From: Vitrella brassicaformis CCMP3155
Taxonomy: Eukaryota; Protista; Chromerida
Length of the DNA: 64,000 bases
NCBI GenBank assembly: GCA_001179505.1
Contig: CDMY01000412.1
Span: forward strand, 20,036 to 84,035
Direction: 5' to 3'
Positions 36,976 to 50,400 of this stretch are shown here, piece by piece (the stretch's first letter is position 1; each line of letters begins with the position of its first letter). The notes under the pieces were generated by a model. The model saw only the letters and a program-made list of their open reading frames with translations. It had not been told where the DNA came from and ran no database searches. Both the position numbers and the translations under genes were made by a program.

Positions 36976-39580
36976 CTATCTGTATGAAGTGACAATGTCC
37001 TTCAAGTTGTCGACAGTGATGGTCTTGGGTTTGGCCTCGGCCCATATGCGCGGCTCCGACACGCGCAGCCTCTCCGCGGCCGTCTCGGTGTCGTGTGTGG
37101 ACGCCTCCCACGCTATCGCCTCGCCCACCTGCCGCATCTCGGTCCAGACCTTCTTGGCGTCGCCCACCTGGATCTGAGGCACCACACTGCACTCACACAC
37201 ACACGCACACACACACACACACACAGACGAGGGATGGGTGAGGGATGATGGGTGTCGCTGCCTGGCCTGCTTACTCACGTGGTGAGTTTGTTGAGGAAGG
37301 CGTCTTCGGTGTATGTCTCGTCGTCATACACGATCATCATGGAGTCGGCGAAGCTCTTGTCGCGGCCATCACCTCCCGTTGTGCCCACCTCGGGAGTCAA
37401 CTCCTCCTGCACACAACACACACACACACACACCCACACCCAGCACGATGCTTGCTGCTTGCAGGCAGCTCTTTCCTCTCCCTGCTCATTGTGTGGCGCA
37501 GCGCACCTCCTTGACTTCTTCTTTTCGCTCCTGCTGTTTGAAGGACGTCTGCATCTCCTTGAACTTGGTGGGGAGCTTCGTCTTCTGCCGCCCAATGGCC
37601 GCCCCGCCGCCTATCGACATGGATGGCTGGGATGTCTGCACGCACATGGGGAACAGAAATATACATGTACCACCTACCCATGTGTAAACGGCGTGCGTGT
37701 ATGCTGCGGTGTGGTACTTACCATCTCCCATTTGAGGTAGAGTGTGGTGGCGAGCTCGGGCTCCTCCACCTTCTCGCCTCGCTTGATGGCTGGATCAATG
37801 TTGATCAGACAGACAGACAGACAGACAGAGAGACAGACAGAGGGTCAGCCACACATTTTGCCGTTCCTTCCCTCCCTCCCCATCACACCCCATCGATGCA
37901 TGCCCACTGATTGCTTACCGATTTCTTCCTGTATTCGTTTGAGGTTCTCCTTGGCCCTCTCGTTCTGCTGGCTGACGACCACCTGCTTCCTCTGGCGCTT
38001 GGTCATCATCTTCCACTGCGACAGCTCCTCATAACGAGACAAGTCTGCACACACAGACATGGGCGAAGATGTGGGTGGTTGCATGCTCATTCATTGTGTG
38101 GGTACGCGTCACGCTCACACGCACCTCTTGGTGGTGGGGGCTGTGCGCCCTCCTGCATCCACTCGTCATACATTTCCTGGATGCGGCCGATCAGTGCCGT
38201 CCGCCGGTAGGGCGCCTCAAACAGCGACTCTGCCATTCATGACACACACCCACACGCAGATGGACGAGGGAAGATGCTTCATCGCCTCTCTAATGCCCTC
38301 CTGTTTCTTGGCTTACCGATGTTGTCTCGTGTTGGCCTCTCGTAGCTCGGGTCGGTGCTCATGAGCAGTGCCTCGTACATGGCCTCGTCAGCCGACAAAG
38401 GACGCTCAGCTATGCTAAACGCCTGAATGAGCCAACCACACACATACACGGAGGAACGTAGGCATGTGGCCGCCCTCTTGCAATCGATGATACGCCGCGA
38501 ATGAGAGTACCTCTCTGTTTGGGACAGTGTCAGGCTGGTCGATCCCTTCGTATATGGCCTGTGGGATGGTCGGCAGGTCGTCGAGGATCCTGTAACGCTC
38601 CCACATTGACGGATCCCGAAACTCATCCAACTACACACACAACACACACAACACACACAATATGAGCGCATGCACGGTCTCTTTTGCACCCTCCCGCCGC
38701 CTGCTCACCGTGCCGCCGACTTGCTGCCTATCCAGCGCCATCGTCCGGATTTGTTTAAACTTCTGGTGGGCGATGCGCTCGAGCTTGTCGGCCTGCTTCT
38801 CCTCCCACACCTGATCGATCACGTCGTATCGGTACGACGGCTGCAGCTCATCTGCCTCCCCCTTGCTGCTCAAGGCCATCCGCAGCCGACGCGCCACCGC
38901 AGCTGACTCGAGGCAGTCCTGCTCCTCGGCGATGGACTCGATCTTGCCGATCAGACTCTCAACCTCACTATCGCCCGCCAGGCGTTCAAGGGCTGACGAG
39001 CTGCCCTTGGGGTCACGCAAGGCAGCCAAAAGCTCTTGCATCTTAGCTGCGTGGTCAGCACATACACAGGGATGGGCAGTGGAAGAGTGGTCGAGTCTCT
39101 GGGTGCCTGTGGGTCTGTACCGTCGTTGAGTATGTCCATTGTGTCGTCGACGGGCAGGACAGTGTACTCTGGCGGCGCATCATAGTACAGCTGGGGGGAG
39201 GGGTGGTACCAGGTGGGCGTCCTGTTGATGTCAGACGGCGCCTTCTGAAACACACACACACACGACCACACTCAGAAAGATGCGGCCGATGATCCGATGA
39301 TGCATCATCTCCCACTGATCTACATGCATCTGCATGTGCTGCGCTGCCTGCTTGCCCCACCCACCTTCCTTGGTCTGAATTTGTTCTGCTTCTTGGCGCC
39401 CTTGAGCTGCACTCGTGACGACATCATGACTGTCGATGGAGGGCGGCCGGCATCTGCCCTCCTCCTCAGCGCAAGCGAGCGATCAAGGGCAAGACGGGTT
39501 GGGGAAAGCAGAAAGGCCGCCGAAGGCGCGACGAATGACGCGAGCGTCACCAGCGCCGCCGCCATCGCCTGGATGGGCAT
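36976..39580 (-). CDS. Plastid-targeted protein with an N-terminal cL38/PSRP6-like segment and a long C-terminal extension
   Basis: The leader MPIQAMAAALVTLASFVAPSAAF-LLSPTR... looks bipartite. It is followed by SSRVQLKGAKKQNKFRPRK|KAPSDINRTPTWYHPSPQLYYDAPPEYTV and about ten more exons ending ...IVTSYR*. Confidence 0.7.
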
Positions 39581-39745
39581 CTTCTCACAGATGGAGAGGG
39601 GCGGACGCCGCAGCGCTGTCACAGCCCGTCTGTGCTTCTGTTTTACCTCTTCTTTTCCTTTGGTCTGCTTGGCTTAGCTCGCAGATTAGCTCGCAAATTG
39701 TAAACTCAAATTCTGTGAATCAATTGATTGCAAGAAGACCAACAG

Positions 39746-40194
39746 ATGGAGGAAGCGCCGGTTCATTTGGATGCGTCGGGTGTGCTGCGAGAGGTGGACG
39801 AGCTGCACGCCTCGTTCATCGCCGCCCGACGTCGGTGTGACGAGCTGCAGAAGCAGATCCGGGAGGGAGATGGGCGCCACAAAGATCTGCTCGCCATCAT
39901 ACAAGACAAAGACAAAGGCACGCCATTGACACACACACCACCGACACACTGCAGTGGCTGCTGATTCACACCTCTCTTTTTCTCTCTCTCTGTGCGTGTG
40001 TGGATGTCAGAGCTGGGTGTGTTGTGTTCGTTGGCTGGTCGGGCGGATGCCGTGGAGGCGCACGAGAAGAGCTTCATCGAGACATCAGCGGCCCTCCACG
40101 ATCAGCTCACTCAGAGGGACCGACAGATGGCCAACCTCAACAAACAACACGATGCACAAATCAATGCACTCCAGCAGCAACACAACAAGAAGGT

Positions 40195-40226
<32 letters not shown>

Positions 40227-41147
40227 GAGAGAGAGAGACACAGGGCAGATGCAGCCATTGACCTCCCTCCTTCTCTCTCTCTGTCCGTGTAGGTGAGTGA
40301 GTTGTCTGACGAGCTGATGCGTGTGCGTGAGGCTGAGTCCACACTCGCGGCGCAGCTCACCCACACCAAACAGCAACTCAACCACACACACCACAAGTAA
40401 ATGAGTGTCGCGTGTGTGTCGTGTTTGTATGAGAGCAGCACAGCACAATGTGTGTGTGTGCAGGTATGAGTCGGTGTGTGTGGAGGTGTCTCGCTGCCGT
40501 GACGCCATCAAGCAGAGAGACGCCGACATGCGAGCACGCGAGCAGCAACACGCACAGCAGCTGCAGGCAAGTCGCTCAGACACACAGAACACAGGCACAC
40601 AGGCAGGCAGGCAGCCATCGATGGATGGAAGGATGGATCACGTGTGTGTGCGTGAATCAGGATCGTGATCGTGTGCATGCCGAGCAGCGTGATCAGTACG
40701 AAAAGTCGCTGCTCGACATGTCGGCCAAAATGACCTCTTGGTAGACATACACACACACACACACAGGGAGAGGCAGATCGACAGGCAGCAGTGGCTGTGT
40801 TTGTGTTGTGTGTGCAGCAACTCTGATGTCATCAAGAAGCGATGCAATGCCCTCAAGGCACACCACACCCAACACACGCATAGACCGACCAGCGCATGAA
40901 TGCTTGTGTGTGCACGTGTCATGTGTCCATCAGGTTGAGTTGGACGACAGGAAACGCAGATTGGATGTGGCCGAGACGGACAATGAGCGACTCAAGAAGC
41001 GGTCAGGATGGAGAAAGCAAATGGATGGATGGATGGATGGAGAAATGTGTGTGTGAGTACACGGTATGCAGTTTGAAGGATTTGGAGGGCCTGTGCCGTA
41101 CGAAGGGCATCAACATGCTCAACACAGCCGGCTTCGGGGGACGGTGA
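39746..41147 (+). CDS. Coiled-coil protein of unknown function
   Basis: Multi-exon, heptad-rich: MEEAPVHLDASGVLREVDELH..., QMANLNKQHDAQINALQQQH, VELDDRKRRLDVAETDNERLKKR, ending GFGGR*. Confidence 0.8.
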
Positions 41148-41560
41148 TGCCAGAGTGTGATGTGTACGGACAGACAAAACACAACGCGCACTTTGCGTGA
41201 CAGCCAGACAGATCTATACCAACACGCTCACCACACACACAGGCGGCGGCGGGGGACGGTGATGCCAGAGTGTGATATGTACTGTATGGACACACACACA
41301 ACGCACACAGTAACACAGACACGCGAGACAGCGAGACAGACACACGAGTAATGTTCATCCATGGACGGACAGACGGACAGTGTTGAAATCGCAACGTGTC
41401 TGTGAATGGGTGAATGAGTGACAGAGACCTCTTCTACTTGAGGCTTCAGGATGCATTCAGTGAACAATCGTCCACCACAAAGCCCTCCACAAAATACACG
41501 CCTTCATGGGCCAGACAGCACAGCACCACATAGCGAAGCCCTTACGACACGCCCGCCTCG

Positions 41561-43044
41561 CTAATGCATTGGGGCTCCAGCAGTGGCGTTGCCGTGCGTG
41601 GTGTTGAATTCCATGCCGGGCGCGGCCAAGGAGTTTTCGCCGAGGCAGTTGGTGACGTTGTAGACCTTCTCGTTGGCCTCTCTGAGGGTGGTGCCGTTCT
41701 CAGCCTCGCACGTCATGCTCTGGAACTTGTACCCGCCTGCTCGCACGGAGGAAGGGGCCAAGTAAGGGAACGAGAAGCTTTCTTTGCTTAACAATCGTGT
41801 CATTTTACCTTGGTCTGGGCCGCAGCACAGCCCTCCACAGTCCTCGGTTTTCTTGCACGAGTGCAGGCTGCCGTCGTCATGCTTGAAGCAGCGGTACTTT
41901 AACCTGCCGGTGACTCCAGGCGCATCAGTCATCATGCAGTAGCACGCCCCTGAACACATGGCACACCGCAGCCAACCAAGAGGGAGAGAGCGCTCTTCTG
42001 TTGTCCCTCTGCCTCACTTGGCCCCTTCCATGCGTGTGTCTCGTTTGTGGCATTTGCCCCTCTGCCAGCTGGTGTGTCGTCGTGTGGCTGGATGTAGCGG
42101 GCTGACACCTCCCCAAAGCTGGGGGCTATCGAGTTGAGGGCCGCACCCTCCTTCGCCTGCGCCTCCTGGCTCACGTCGGGGCGCATGTGCACAGGCTTGA
42201 ACAGATGCTTAAAGACACCAATGCTGTGCTCATAAGCTGAGAAACCCACACACATACAGATACATGAACGCATAGATATTGTCGGATTGTGCATGTGCGT
42301 GGCCGCTGTCAATGAAGCTCTCAGTCTCCTTGATTGGCTGGAGGAAGCCGGTGCCGAGAACGCCCCGTCTCGGCTTCTGGATCTTGGGGACAGGAGATGT
42401 CTCGTTGGAGTCGGTGGCCGCTGTCTCATTCAAAGCTGCTGTGGAGGCAACGGGGCCTTTCAGCTGCATGAAATCATCAAGAAGAGAGAACACCCGCCAT
42501 TTGCCTGCTCTTCCTCCTGCGCACCATTGTCTTGAGGGCTCGTTGGTTCTCAGGTTGCTTCAGAGAGGAGAGAGCAGTGCTGATTCCACCAAATGGTGTG
42601 ATGCGGGCTTCGGATGGGCGGCGGTCGTCCTCTATGTAGCCCTCCTTAGTGCCGACGGGCAAGGCATCGCGAGGCTCGGGAACCTTGTCCGATATCTTGC
42701 TGTCATCATCATAATCGGTGGACTTGGCGGCGACATCATCACCTTCAGAGGTGCTGTCAGCTGCGGTAGTGTTTGCAGTGTCGGCACTCTCGGCCAGCCC
42801 TGCAGCAGTGTCGTTCAGGGCCTCGTCAGCTGCCGCACTGGGGCCCTGCATGATTGGACACACACAGGCACAGACACGCACACACACCGGGAAATGGGGA
42901 CCATTGCAAAACAATCTGTGAGCTGTGCACCTCCTTCGGCTGAAGCACAACTGCGTGTGAACGCCCCGCGCGTGCCACGCGGAATGCAGCGGAGGCCAAT
43001 GTCGCCAGGAGGACGATGAGGCGCATGGAGAAGGGCACCTTCAT
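41561..43044 (-). CDS. Secreted glycoprotein with a C-terminal Cys-rich domain
   Basis: Signal peptide MRLIVLLATLASAA; acidic Ala/Thr-rich middle with many NxT sequons; C-terminal GACYC...KYRC...SCKKTEDCGGLCCGP...MTC...NC. Confidence 0.75.
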
Positions 43045-43129
43045 CTGCCGATGACGGACGGAGAGAATACGGCTCGTTAGATTTCGAGGAAAGGGGCAGA
43101 GGGGAGAGGTGGGGGCAAAAAGGTCGCGG

Positions 43130-43524
43130 GGCCAGGGTAAATTTTTTTGGGAAGAGATAATTGACAGATGGCATCCATGCACTCGCTTGTCCAAATCGCC
43201 TCCATGAATCTATCCACATATGCCTATGCACAAAGGGCACGCTCACTCATCCGATGAGAACACCCCAGCCCCGTCCATCGCCCCAACACCACGCCATGAC
43301 TGCCTCCCGCCCCTCAAACACAGGCTAGCAGCCCGCACCAATGCAACGGACAAACGAGCACGCAGCCACCCATGCACCCGCCCTCGCCCCCTATCTGACC
43401 ACCCCTGCCTCGTCAACAGCTGCTCAGTCAAGCGGGTGAAGAAGTGCTCCGCCTCCCTCCCCCACACCCCATCGACGGTGACGACCAGAGGGGTGAAGGT
43501 CATGGACCAGGCCAGGGTAAATTT
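43130..43524 (-). mobile_element. 5'-truncated non-LTR retrotransposon fragment (RLE-type C-terminus) with TSD and A-tail
   Basis: Direct repeat ggccagggtaaattt at 43130-43144 and 43510-43524. An A-run on the minus strand abuts the left copy. The internal ORF FTPLVVTVDGVWGREAEHFFTRLTEQL...WLRARLSVALVRAASLCLRG matches the end of restriction-like-endonuclease non-LTR ORFs. Confidence 0.8.
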
Positions 43525-44503
43525 CGTCGTTCTGACATGCGATCTGGACAGTGATTCTTGAGAGTCGCATGTATGTATGACATACAGGGGTAACGACGAT
43601 GGCAGCGGCTTCCCACTCACTCAGATGCTACATCCTCCAATACTCGTCCTGCCTGTCCATATCTCTGTCTGTCAGTGTGTCTGTGCGTGTGCTATGCTAC
43701 AAGCCCGTCTGTGTGCAAGACGCAAAGAGACATAGCAAACGCCGCACAGCGGAAGAGAAACAGACAGACAGACAGACAGACGAGGAAACTGACTGACAGT
43801 GAGGAATGCATACATTTGTGCGACAAATCACTTTCCTGCTGATGAGCATGACTGTCTGCATGAAAGTCCAGTCGTGCACACATACACACACATCAACGAA
43901 CAGTAGAGCAGTGCTGTGTGTTTGGATGTGTGGATGTACACCACACACACACACACACTCACACACATACACATACACACAGAGCACTCGCCCGCTTCCC
44001 ACACACCGACGCATGACAGCCGCCGCGTACACTGATCGCTCCCCAACAGCGCGTAACCACCAAAATGACTTCCCGCACGGCTAGCTGCTCAACTGACTAG
44101 AACAACCCAGTGAAGACCTCTTCTCTGCCTCCACGGTCACCAGCAGCTCAGCAGGGCCACTAGCAGTGGTCGGGCAACCATGCCTGCCTGCCTGCTGTCT
44201 GGCTGCGGGCTCTTGTGTTCCTGTGATTTGCATGCATCACCCCATTGTAAGTATACACTTCAGACGCGAATGTGCATATCACATCCAGCCCTCACCCAGC
44301 GAAAGACCCCAAAACACACACCGCCAGCCCCAATCCCCATCCACCGCACCAGATATCGCGACCCCTTACGCGCACAAACACTGTGAAGTGAAGCAACGCG
44401 TCGAGCTCGCCGCCTTGTTGGAGTTTGACTCACTTTCGACTCACTGAGGCGGCGGGGCGCCTCTGCTGGCCGGCCGCCTCTGGCCCTTGATCCGCGCTTC
44501 AAC

Positions 44504-45060
44504 TTATCGCAACCCCAGCCTCTCCTTGAAGCGACAGCACACAGCACACTTGAAGCAATCCGGGCAGACGAGTTGGATGAAGTAGACGAGGACGCCCCCG
44601 CCGACAGCGCAGAGCAGGAGGCCGCCAAACTTGAAAACAGACGCAGACTCCTCACGAAACACGAAGCGGAGTCCGCACATGTACAGCAGCACGAAGAACA
44701 ACAGGTACATAATGGCCCGACATCGCCTGCACAGAGTGTCAAACTCGGCGTCATAGGTCGCGTCGTCCTGATCAATCAACATGCAGTCAATGCTCCAGTC
44801 GGTTTGGGCATACGCGTCGCAGAACCCGTCCTCGTTCTCCTGGGCCACCCCCTTCTCCTCCCTGAAACACAACAAATCAGGGACACACCACCACACTGTC
44901 GCTGATCCCATCCCACGTGCCCACGTGTGCTGCGGACCTACCTCAGACGCTGCCACTCCGCAATGATCATGGCGCTGCGCTGCTCTTCGGCGTGCATCGT
45001 CACCCGACCTTCGGACCGCAGCTGACTATCCTCGTCCTTGAAGTTGCCTTGGAGATCCAT
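44504..45060 (-). CDS. Small two-TM membrane protein of unknown function
   Basis: Two exons join in frame (…WQRL|REEKG…). Hydrophobic segments AIMYLLFFVLLYMCGL and FGGLLLCAVGGGVLVYFIQLV, followed by a Cys-rich tail. Confidence 0.65.
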
Positions 45061-45163
45061 ACTCGTGCGGACGCGGGACCTCAACCAAGTGGAGGGTTGA
45101 GGGTCAGGGTCCGAACCCTGCAGCCCCAACCCTAACAACGTTTCCCTGCAGCCCCTCGGCAGG

Positions 45164-46649
45164 ATGGACAGCGAAGAGGAGGACGCGATTGCGTGCGATT
45201 CCAGCTACAGCAAGTGAGTGAGCCGAAGCAGATCTGCACCCACCCCGCAGTCAGTGCATTGATCCGTCCGTTGGTGGTTCGGTTCATTCATTCAGCATCC
45301 CCCCTCCCCTTGTGCCCGCTGTCCTGTGCAGGGAGGACTGGCTGCAACGACTCAAAAGCGTCGAACTGTACGAGAGGTAAGCACCAGTGACACAACAGTA
45401 CGCAGTGCCATCGATGGTGGGTGCTGTGTTGTTTGAGCGTGTGTGTGTGTGTGTGTGTGTTGGCTGTGTGTGCCAGCGACATCCATGAGGTGATTCTCAA
45501 CTTCTTCACCGTGCATGGCTTCCAGGATGCGGCAGAGGAACTCATGAAGGAGGCGCAGCTCAGAAGTCAGTACTCAAGCAGACAGACAGACAGACACATC
45601 CATGGTGTGGTGGCTGGCCATTTGTGGGTGCCTGCGGTGTTTGCAGCTGAGATGCCGATGACGTCGATAGGACGGCGGCAGGAGATCCGGCAGGCGCTGC
45701 TGCGGGGCGACATACCCACCGTCATGAGCACCCTCGATGACCTGGACAGAGAGGTAGGCTGCCGCACGGAATGAATGAATAGGGGTCATGGATGCATCGA
45801 GATCGAAGCCCGATCCATGACCCCAGATACTCCGCCGCAACCCCGAGGTCCGCTTCCAGTTGAAGCAGCTGCAGCTCTTCAAAATCATACAAGATGTACG
45901 TACACTGACAAAACAGCAACTCACAATCAGCACCGAGGGGAGATTACGGCCATGATGCGCACCATGACTCTGTCTCTGTGTGTGTGTGTGTGTGTGTGTG
46001 TGCAGGGCAACACGTTGGAGGCGATAGACTTCGCGCAGACACACCTCGCCCCCGAAGTCACAGAACACGTAAGTAGCCCCAATCAGTCAGGACCGCCTTG
46101 CTGTGCTGATGGTGCCAGTGCCTGCCTACCTTGTGTTGTGTGTGGGGTTCATCAGCCCCAACTGTTGCCCCGCCTAGAGGAAACCATGGCCCTCCTTGCC
46201 TTCGGAGACCTTAAGGCAACAGAGAGGGAGGGAGAGGCGACAAGACAGACAGATGCGCTTCGCTTCCTTTTCTGTGTGTCGTATACAGAGTCCCGAGGCG
46301 CAGAGGTTGGCTGAGGGGTTGATGGAGAGGGAGGAGGCGGCGCGGGCCGTCGATGACGCCATACTCGAATTCTACTCCATACACCAAGGCAAGCAACCAC
46401 TCTGCCAGCCATGTCTGGGGAGGGCATGTCCGTCTGAGTATGTGTGTGTGTGTGTGTGTGTGTACAGAGTCGACGCTGGAGAGTCTGCTGAAGAACTGCA
46501 AGTGGACGCAGCGTCAGCTGACGGAGGGCAAGGGGTGCGTGTTCCCCACACTGGTCGACGCCGCCGAGTGCCGGTTCGAGCCAAGCTCAGACTCAGACGC
46601 AAGCCCTGACAGAGACAGGGGGGCGGCAGACGCGGTGAACAGAGCATAG
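45164..46649 (+). CDS. GID8: GID/CTLH complex subunit GID8 (TWA1), LisH-CTLH-CRA
   Basis: EDWLQRLKSVELYESDIHEVILNFFTVHGFQDAAEELMKEA (LisH); RQEIRQALLRGDI...FQLKQLQLFKII (CTLH); AIDFAQTHLAP...LEETMALLAF...VDDAIL...LESLLK (CRA). Confidence 0.88.
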
Positions 46650-47464
46650 CATACACGCGGTGGCCACGCACTCAAGTGGTCACATATATATGTTTTCTTA
46701 TTGCGCGCCGTATGTGCTGTGTTTGGGTGTTGTGTGCGCTTCAGCTCTTCCAGCCATAGCTATGCGAAGGCGGGCATCTCCTCTGCCTGTGTCGGGGGGT
46801 GGGTGGATCCGGTCTGATTCGTGTAGTGTATCCTATCAATCAAGGATGAAGGCTGTCGAGCTGTTGGTGGGGTCGGCCGGTTGTTGCTGCTGTAGAGTCT
46901 AGCTTTTTGTGTACGGTGCGGTGCTGATGTGGGCATGTATCACTTCTGGATGGGAGGGATGGTGCAAACAAAGGAGTGAGTGACCGAGGCCTCCCCTTTT
47001 TATGTGTGGGGATCCGGTCATCCAGCATTAATTGTGGGCGGACACTGTCTGAGGCAATCACACCAACCGTCGTTCCGAAGCCCACACCCCCACCAGCACA
47101 CTCATCGCTTCACTTTGTTGTGCATCCCACCCACGTGCCTCTGCAGTCGGTCAGTGATAACGATGCATCCACCCACCCACCCACACACACACATCCATCC
47201 ATCCATCTGCATGCCTTGCCTGTCCCTCCCTTAGTCTTCCCCCCTGATCATGAAGGCGCCAAAACTGCACACACAGTGTCTGTCGATCAGCCTGTCTGTC
47301 TGTCTGTCCGCAGTCGCGGATCAATAGGTCGATAAACTGCTGCCTCCCAGTCCTTCAGCACGGGCAGCCTGCTTCAATCCAATTATACAAATGATGGATA
47401 GATACCTCAAGCAGAGCCGGGATGCTGTCTGTGTCCACAAACGGGTCGGCGGGCGGGCTTCTCG

Positions 47465-50400
47465 TCATCTGTACTCGTCCTGCTTGGGCAGCGGGAAGTC
47501 GACGAAGTCCCCTGCATACCATCACGCGAGTCACACATACACAACACGCACTCAGTGTGTGCGCGTGTGGGTTTGGTGCGTGTCTACCATTCTCGAAGAT
47601 GCACCTTCGTGGCGAGAAGCCCACCAGAATCCCACGGTCCTGCAGCCACCAGTACCCCAGGCCAACAAAAAAGGCAGATTCGCATTGAAAAGACGTTCTC
47701 GCATCTCTCTCTCCCTCGCTCCCTGCCTGTGTGCCTGCCTGTGTGTGTGGCATATATCCGTGGGTACCAGCAGGACGAGTTGGTTGAGTCTCTTGGCCGC
47801 CCTGTAGGCCTTTTCAAAGCTCTGGAACCGCAGCACGAGCATCCCGTGGTTGTGCCACTCGAGGTTGTTGAGCTGGTAGCGCGTCCGCAGGCACGACGCC
47901 GCGTCCTGCTCCTCCGCACGAATGGGAAACGACTCGCGCCAAAACGGACTCTGACGTCAGTCAGTCACACACAAAGGAGACTTGCCGATCGATCCCCTGT
48001 TCCTTCTCACTCACGCACGCACCTCATATTTGTGTGTGGATCGTGGGTAGAAGCTCTCGGGGTCGTCAGGGACGCCCCGCGGGGAAACAGCAGGCACCAA
48101 CGGGACGCCCAGAGACAGTGATGACGACACACTTGAGGTGGCGTCGTGGACGGCCACCCCATTCTCGCGCATCACCTCTGCCCAGCCGTCTGCAGCCCGT
48201 CTGGCGGTGTCCTCCCTGGCCTTGAGCTTCGCCGCCAGCTGCTGCACGGCGGCAGGGAGGGGCGGCGCCGACCACTGAAATGGGGGGAGAGGGGGAGGGT
48301 GAGGGACGGCAGGAGACTGAGAGTCACCGATAGCAGCGGCAGCAGGGGGCGGTTGTGCTGGTTGGGGATCGTGACGGTCTCCTTGTGTGTCTGCCGTCGG
48401 CCGGTCTTCGGCAGCAGCCGGTGACGATGAGTGGATGGGCTCCTCAGTAGGGAGGTCCTCATCTGTGCCGAAGATGCTCGACATGCCGTGGGGGACCGCC
48501 GGCAGCGACCCTTCCATTCCACCTCCACCCATGCACATCATCTGCTGATGCTGATGCTGGTGCTGGTGGTGGGTGGTCTCTGTCTCGAGCACATAGGCGA
48601 AGTCCTCCTCGACCTCCACTGGCTGGTGCTCGTCGTGTTCCTCGTCGTGGCCGTGGCCACCGTTGAGACCCTTGCGGCCATCCACAGGCTGAGCTGGGAG
48701 GCCGTTGAGAGCCAATGGTGCAGAGCGAAGGGGGGACCCAGAGCGTGGGTTGCCGACTGTGGGTGGTGACGATGGAGGTGCCGTCTCTGCTGCGGTTGCT
48801 CCGGTCCTCTTCTTTTTGTTTGTGTGGTCGTGAGGTGAGCCAGCCCCAGCGGCGGTGGCGTCGTCGAGTGCCTCGCACTGGATCGACAGCACACGGCCCG
48901 ACTGAGCCTCAACCTGATGATAGATAGACACACACACATCCATCCATCCATGCATCCATCCATCCCATGCTGCAACTTGCTGCCCTGGCTGACCTTGAGT
49001 TTGTTGTAGTTCCATATCTTCGGGTTGGTCATCTCCAGGAGCACCCTCGACGACACGGGCGACGAGGGGGTGAGCGTGGCCGGCTGGCCGTCGGCATCCA
49101 CCTGCTTGTCCTGCTGCTGGTTCCTGGAAATGGCGGCCACGTGCGACACAGCGCGGGACTCAACCGTCAGCGCACGGCTGAAGATCTCAAGCAAATCTGA
49201 CACGCGCACCATGACACACACACACGGATCCATGGTCGGTCAACAGGCAAGCTGTGCGTGTGGGCAACTGATAGGTAGCTAGTTACCTACCTTCGTGTCT
49301 GAATTGGTATGGTACGTTGGTGACGATGAGTGTCTTGCGCTGCTCGGCCGGCTCGGGGTACACCAGACGCCAGACGTTGGTGCGAGACCTCTCACTCTGG
49401 CATCCATCAAGGAAAGGAAAGGCAGGGCACACAAGCACCAGCAGTGAGCTGCACAGACGTGCTGGCTGATGCTCTGTGAAAGGTGGGTGTGGCCTGGCCC
49501 TTGCTGCCTCCCTGCCTCACCCCGCAGAGGACGCCGAACGTCCGGAGTGCGCTGCGTGTGGCCCGCTCCTTCTGATGCTTCTCGGCAAACTCTGATGGAT
49601 GGATGGGTGGGCTGACTTCAGTGTGTCAAGATGCATTCAGTGTTGTTTGTTCTTGCCAATGAGAGCGAATACGGGTGAGAATCTGGCCCTGATCTTCTCC
49701 TCACTCGCAGCGTCGCCCTTGATGGCCAAACTCCTCTGCACCCATACACACGTACCCACAGTATGACTGACTGGGTGCGCCACATCCTTTGACTGACAGC
49801 CCAGCCGACAGGTCTCACCTGCATTTCGGTGTCGATGGTCCTCAGCCGTTCGTTGAATATCTCGACCTTACACACACGACCACAGGGCCGAAAGGCCTGA
49901 AACAGAAAGCGGCAAACCAACAGTAGATCAGCGTTCGTGCTCGTGGCGCATCTGCACGTCTGCCCTCTGCCCTCTCGCCCAGCCTACCCTACCCACCCTC
50001 TGTATGTCCCGCGGCGTCACGTCCGCAGGAAGGTTTGTGACCAACACCTGATTGGTCAGTCAATTTGTGCGCACACACACACATTCACACATGCAGGTCA
50101 GGTCGCGTTGTGTGGATGGTTCTGTCTTTACATACCCTTTTCCTGCTTCTTGTTCCGTCGGGCTCCACCTCCGGGTGGTCCCACGTGACGGTCATGTCTG
50201 CGATCTTCTTATGCTTCATTGCCGTCGGTGGCGGTGGCCTGACACACAGAGGGAGGGAGGGAGGGAGGGAGGGAAACAGACGCAAGACAGAATCACAACC
50301 CCATCCAGTCAGCCATCCTCTTCGTCTGCGCGTCCCCCCAGTCACCTCTTAACGAGTCGCCTCGCCGCCAGAGGGTCGTTGTCGACCGCCGACCGACCTG

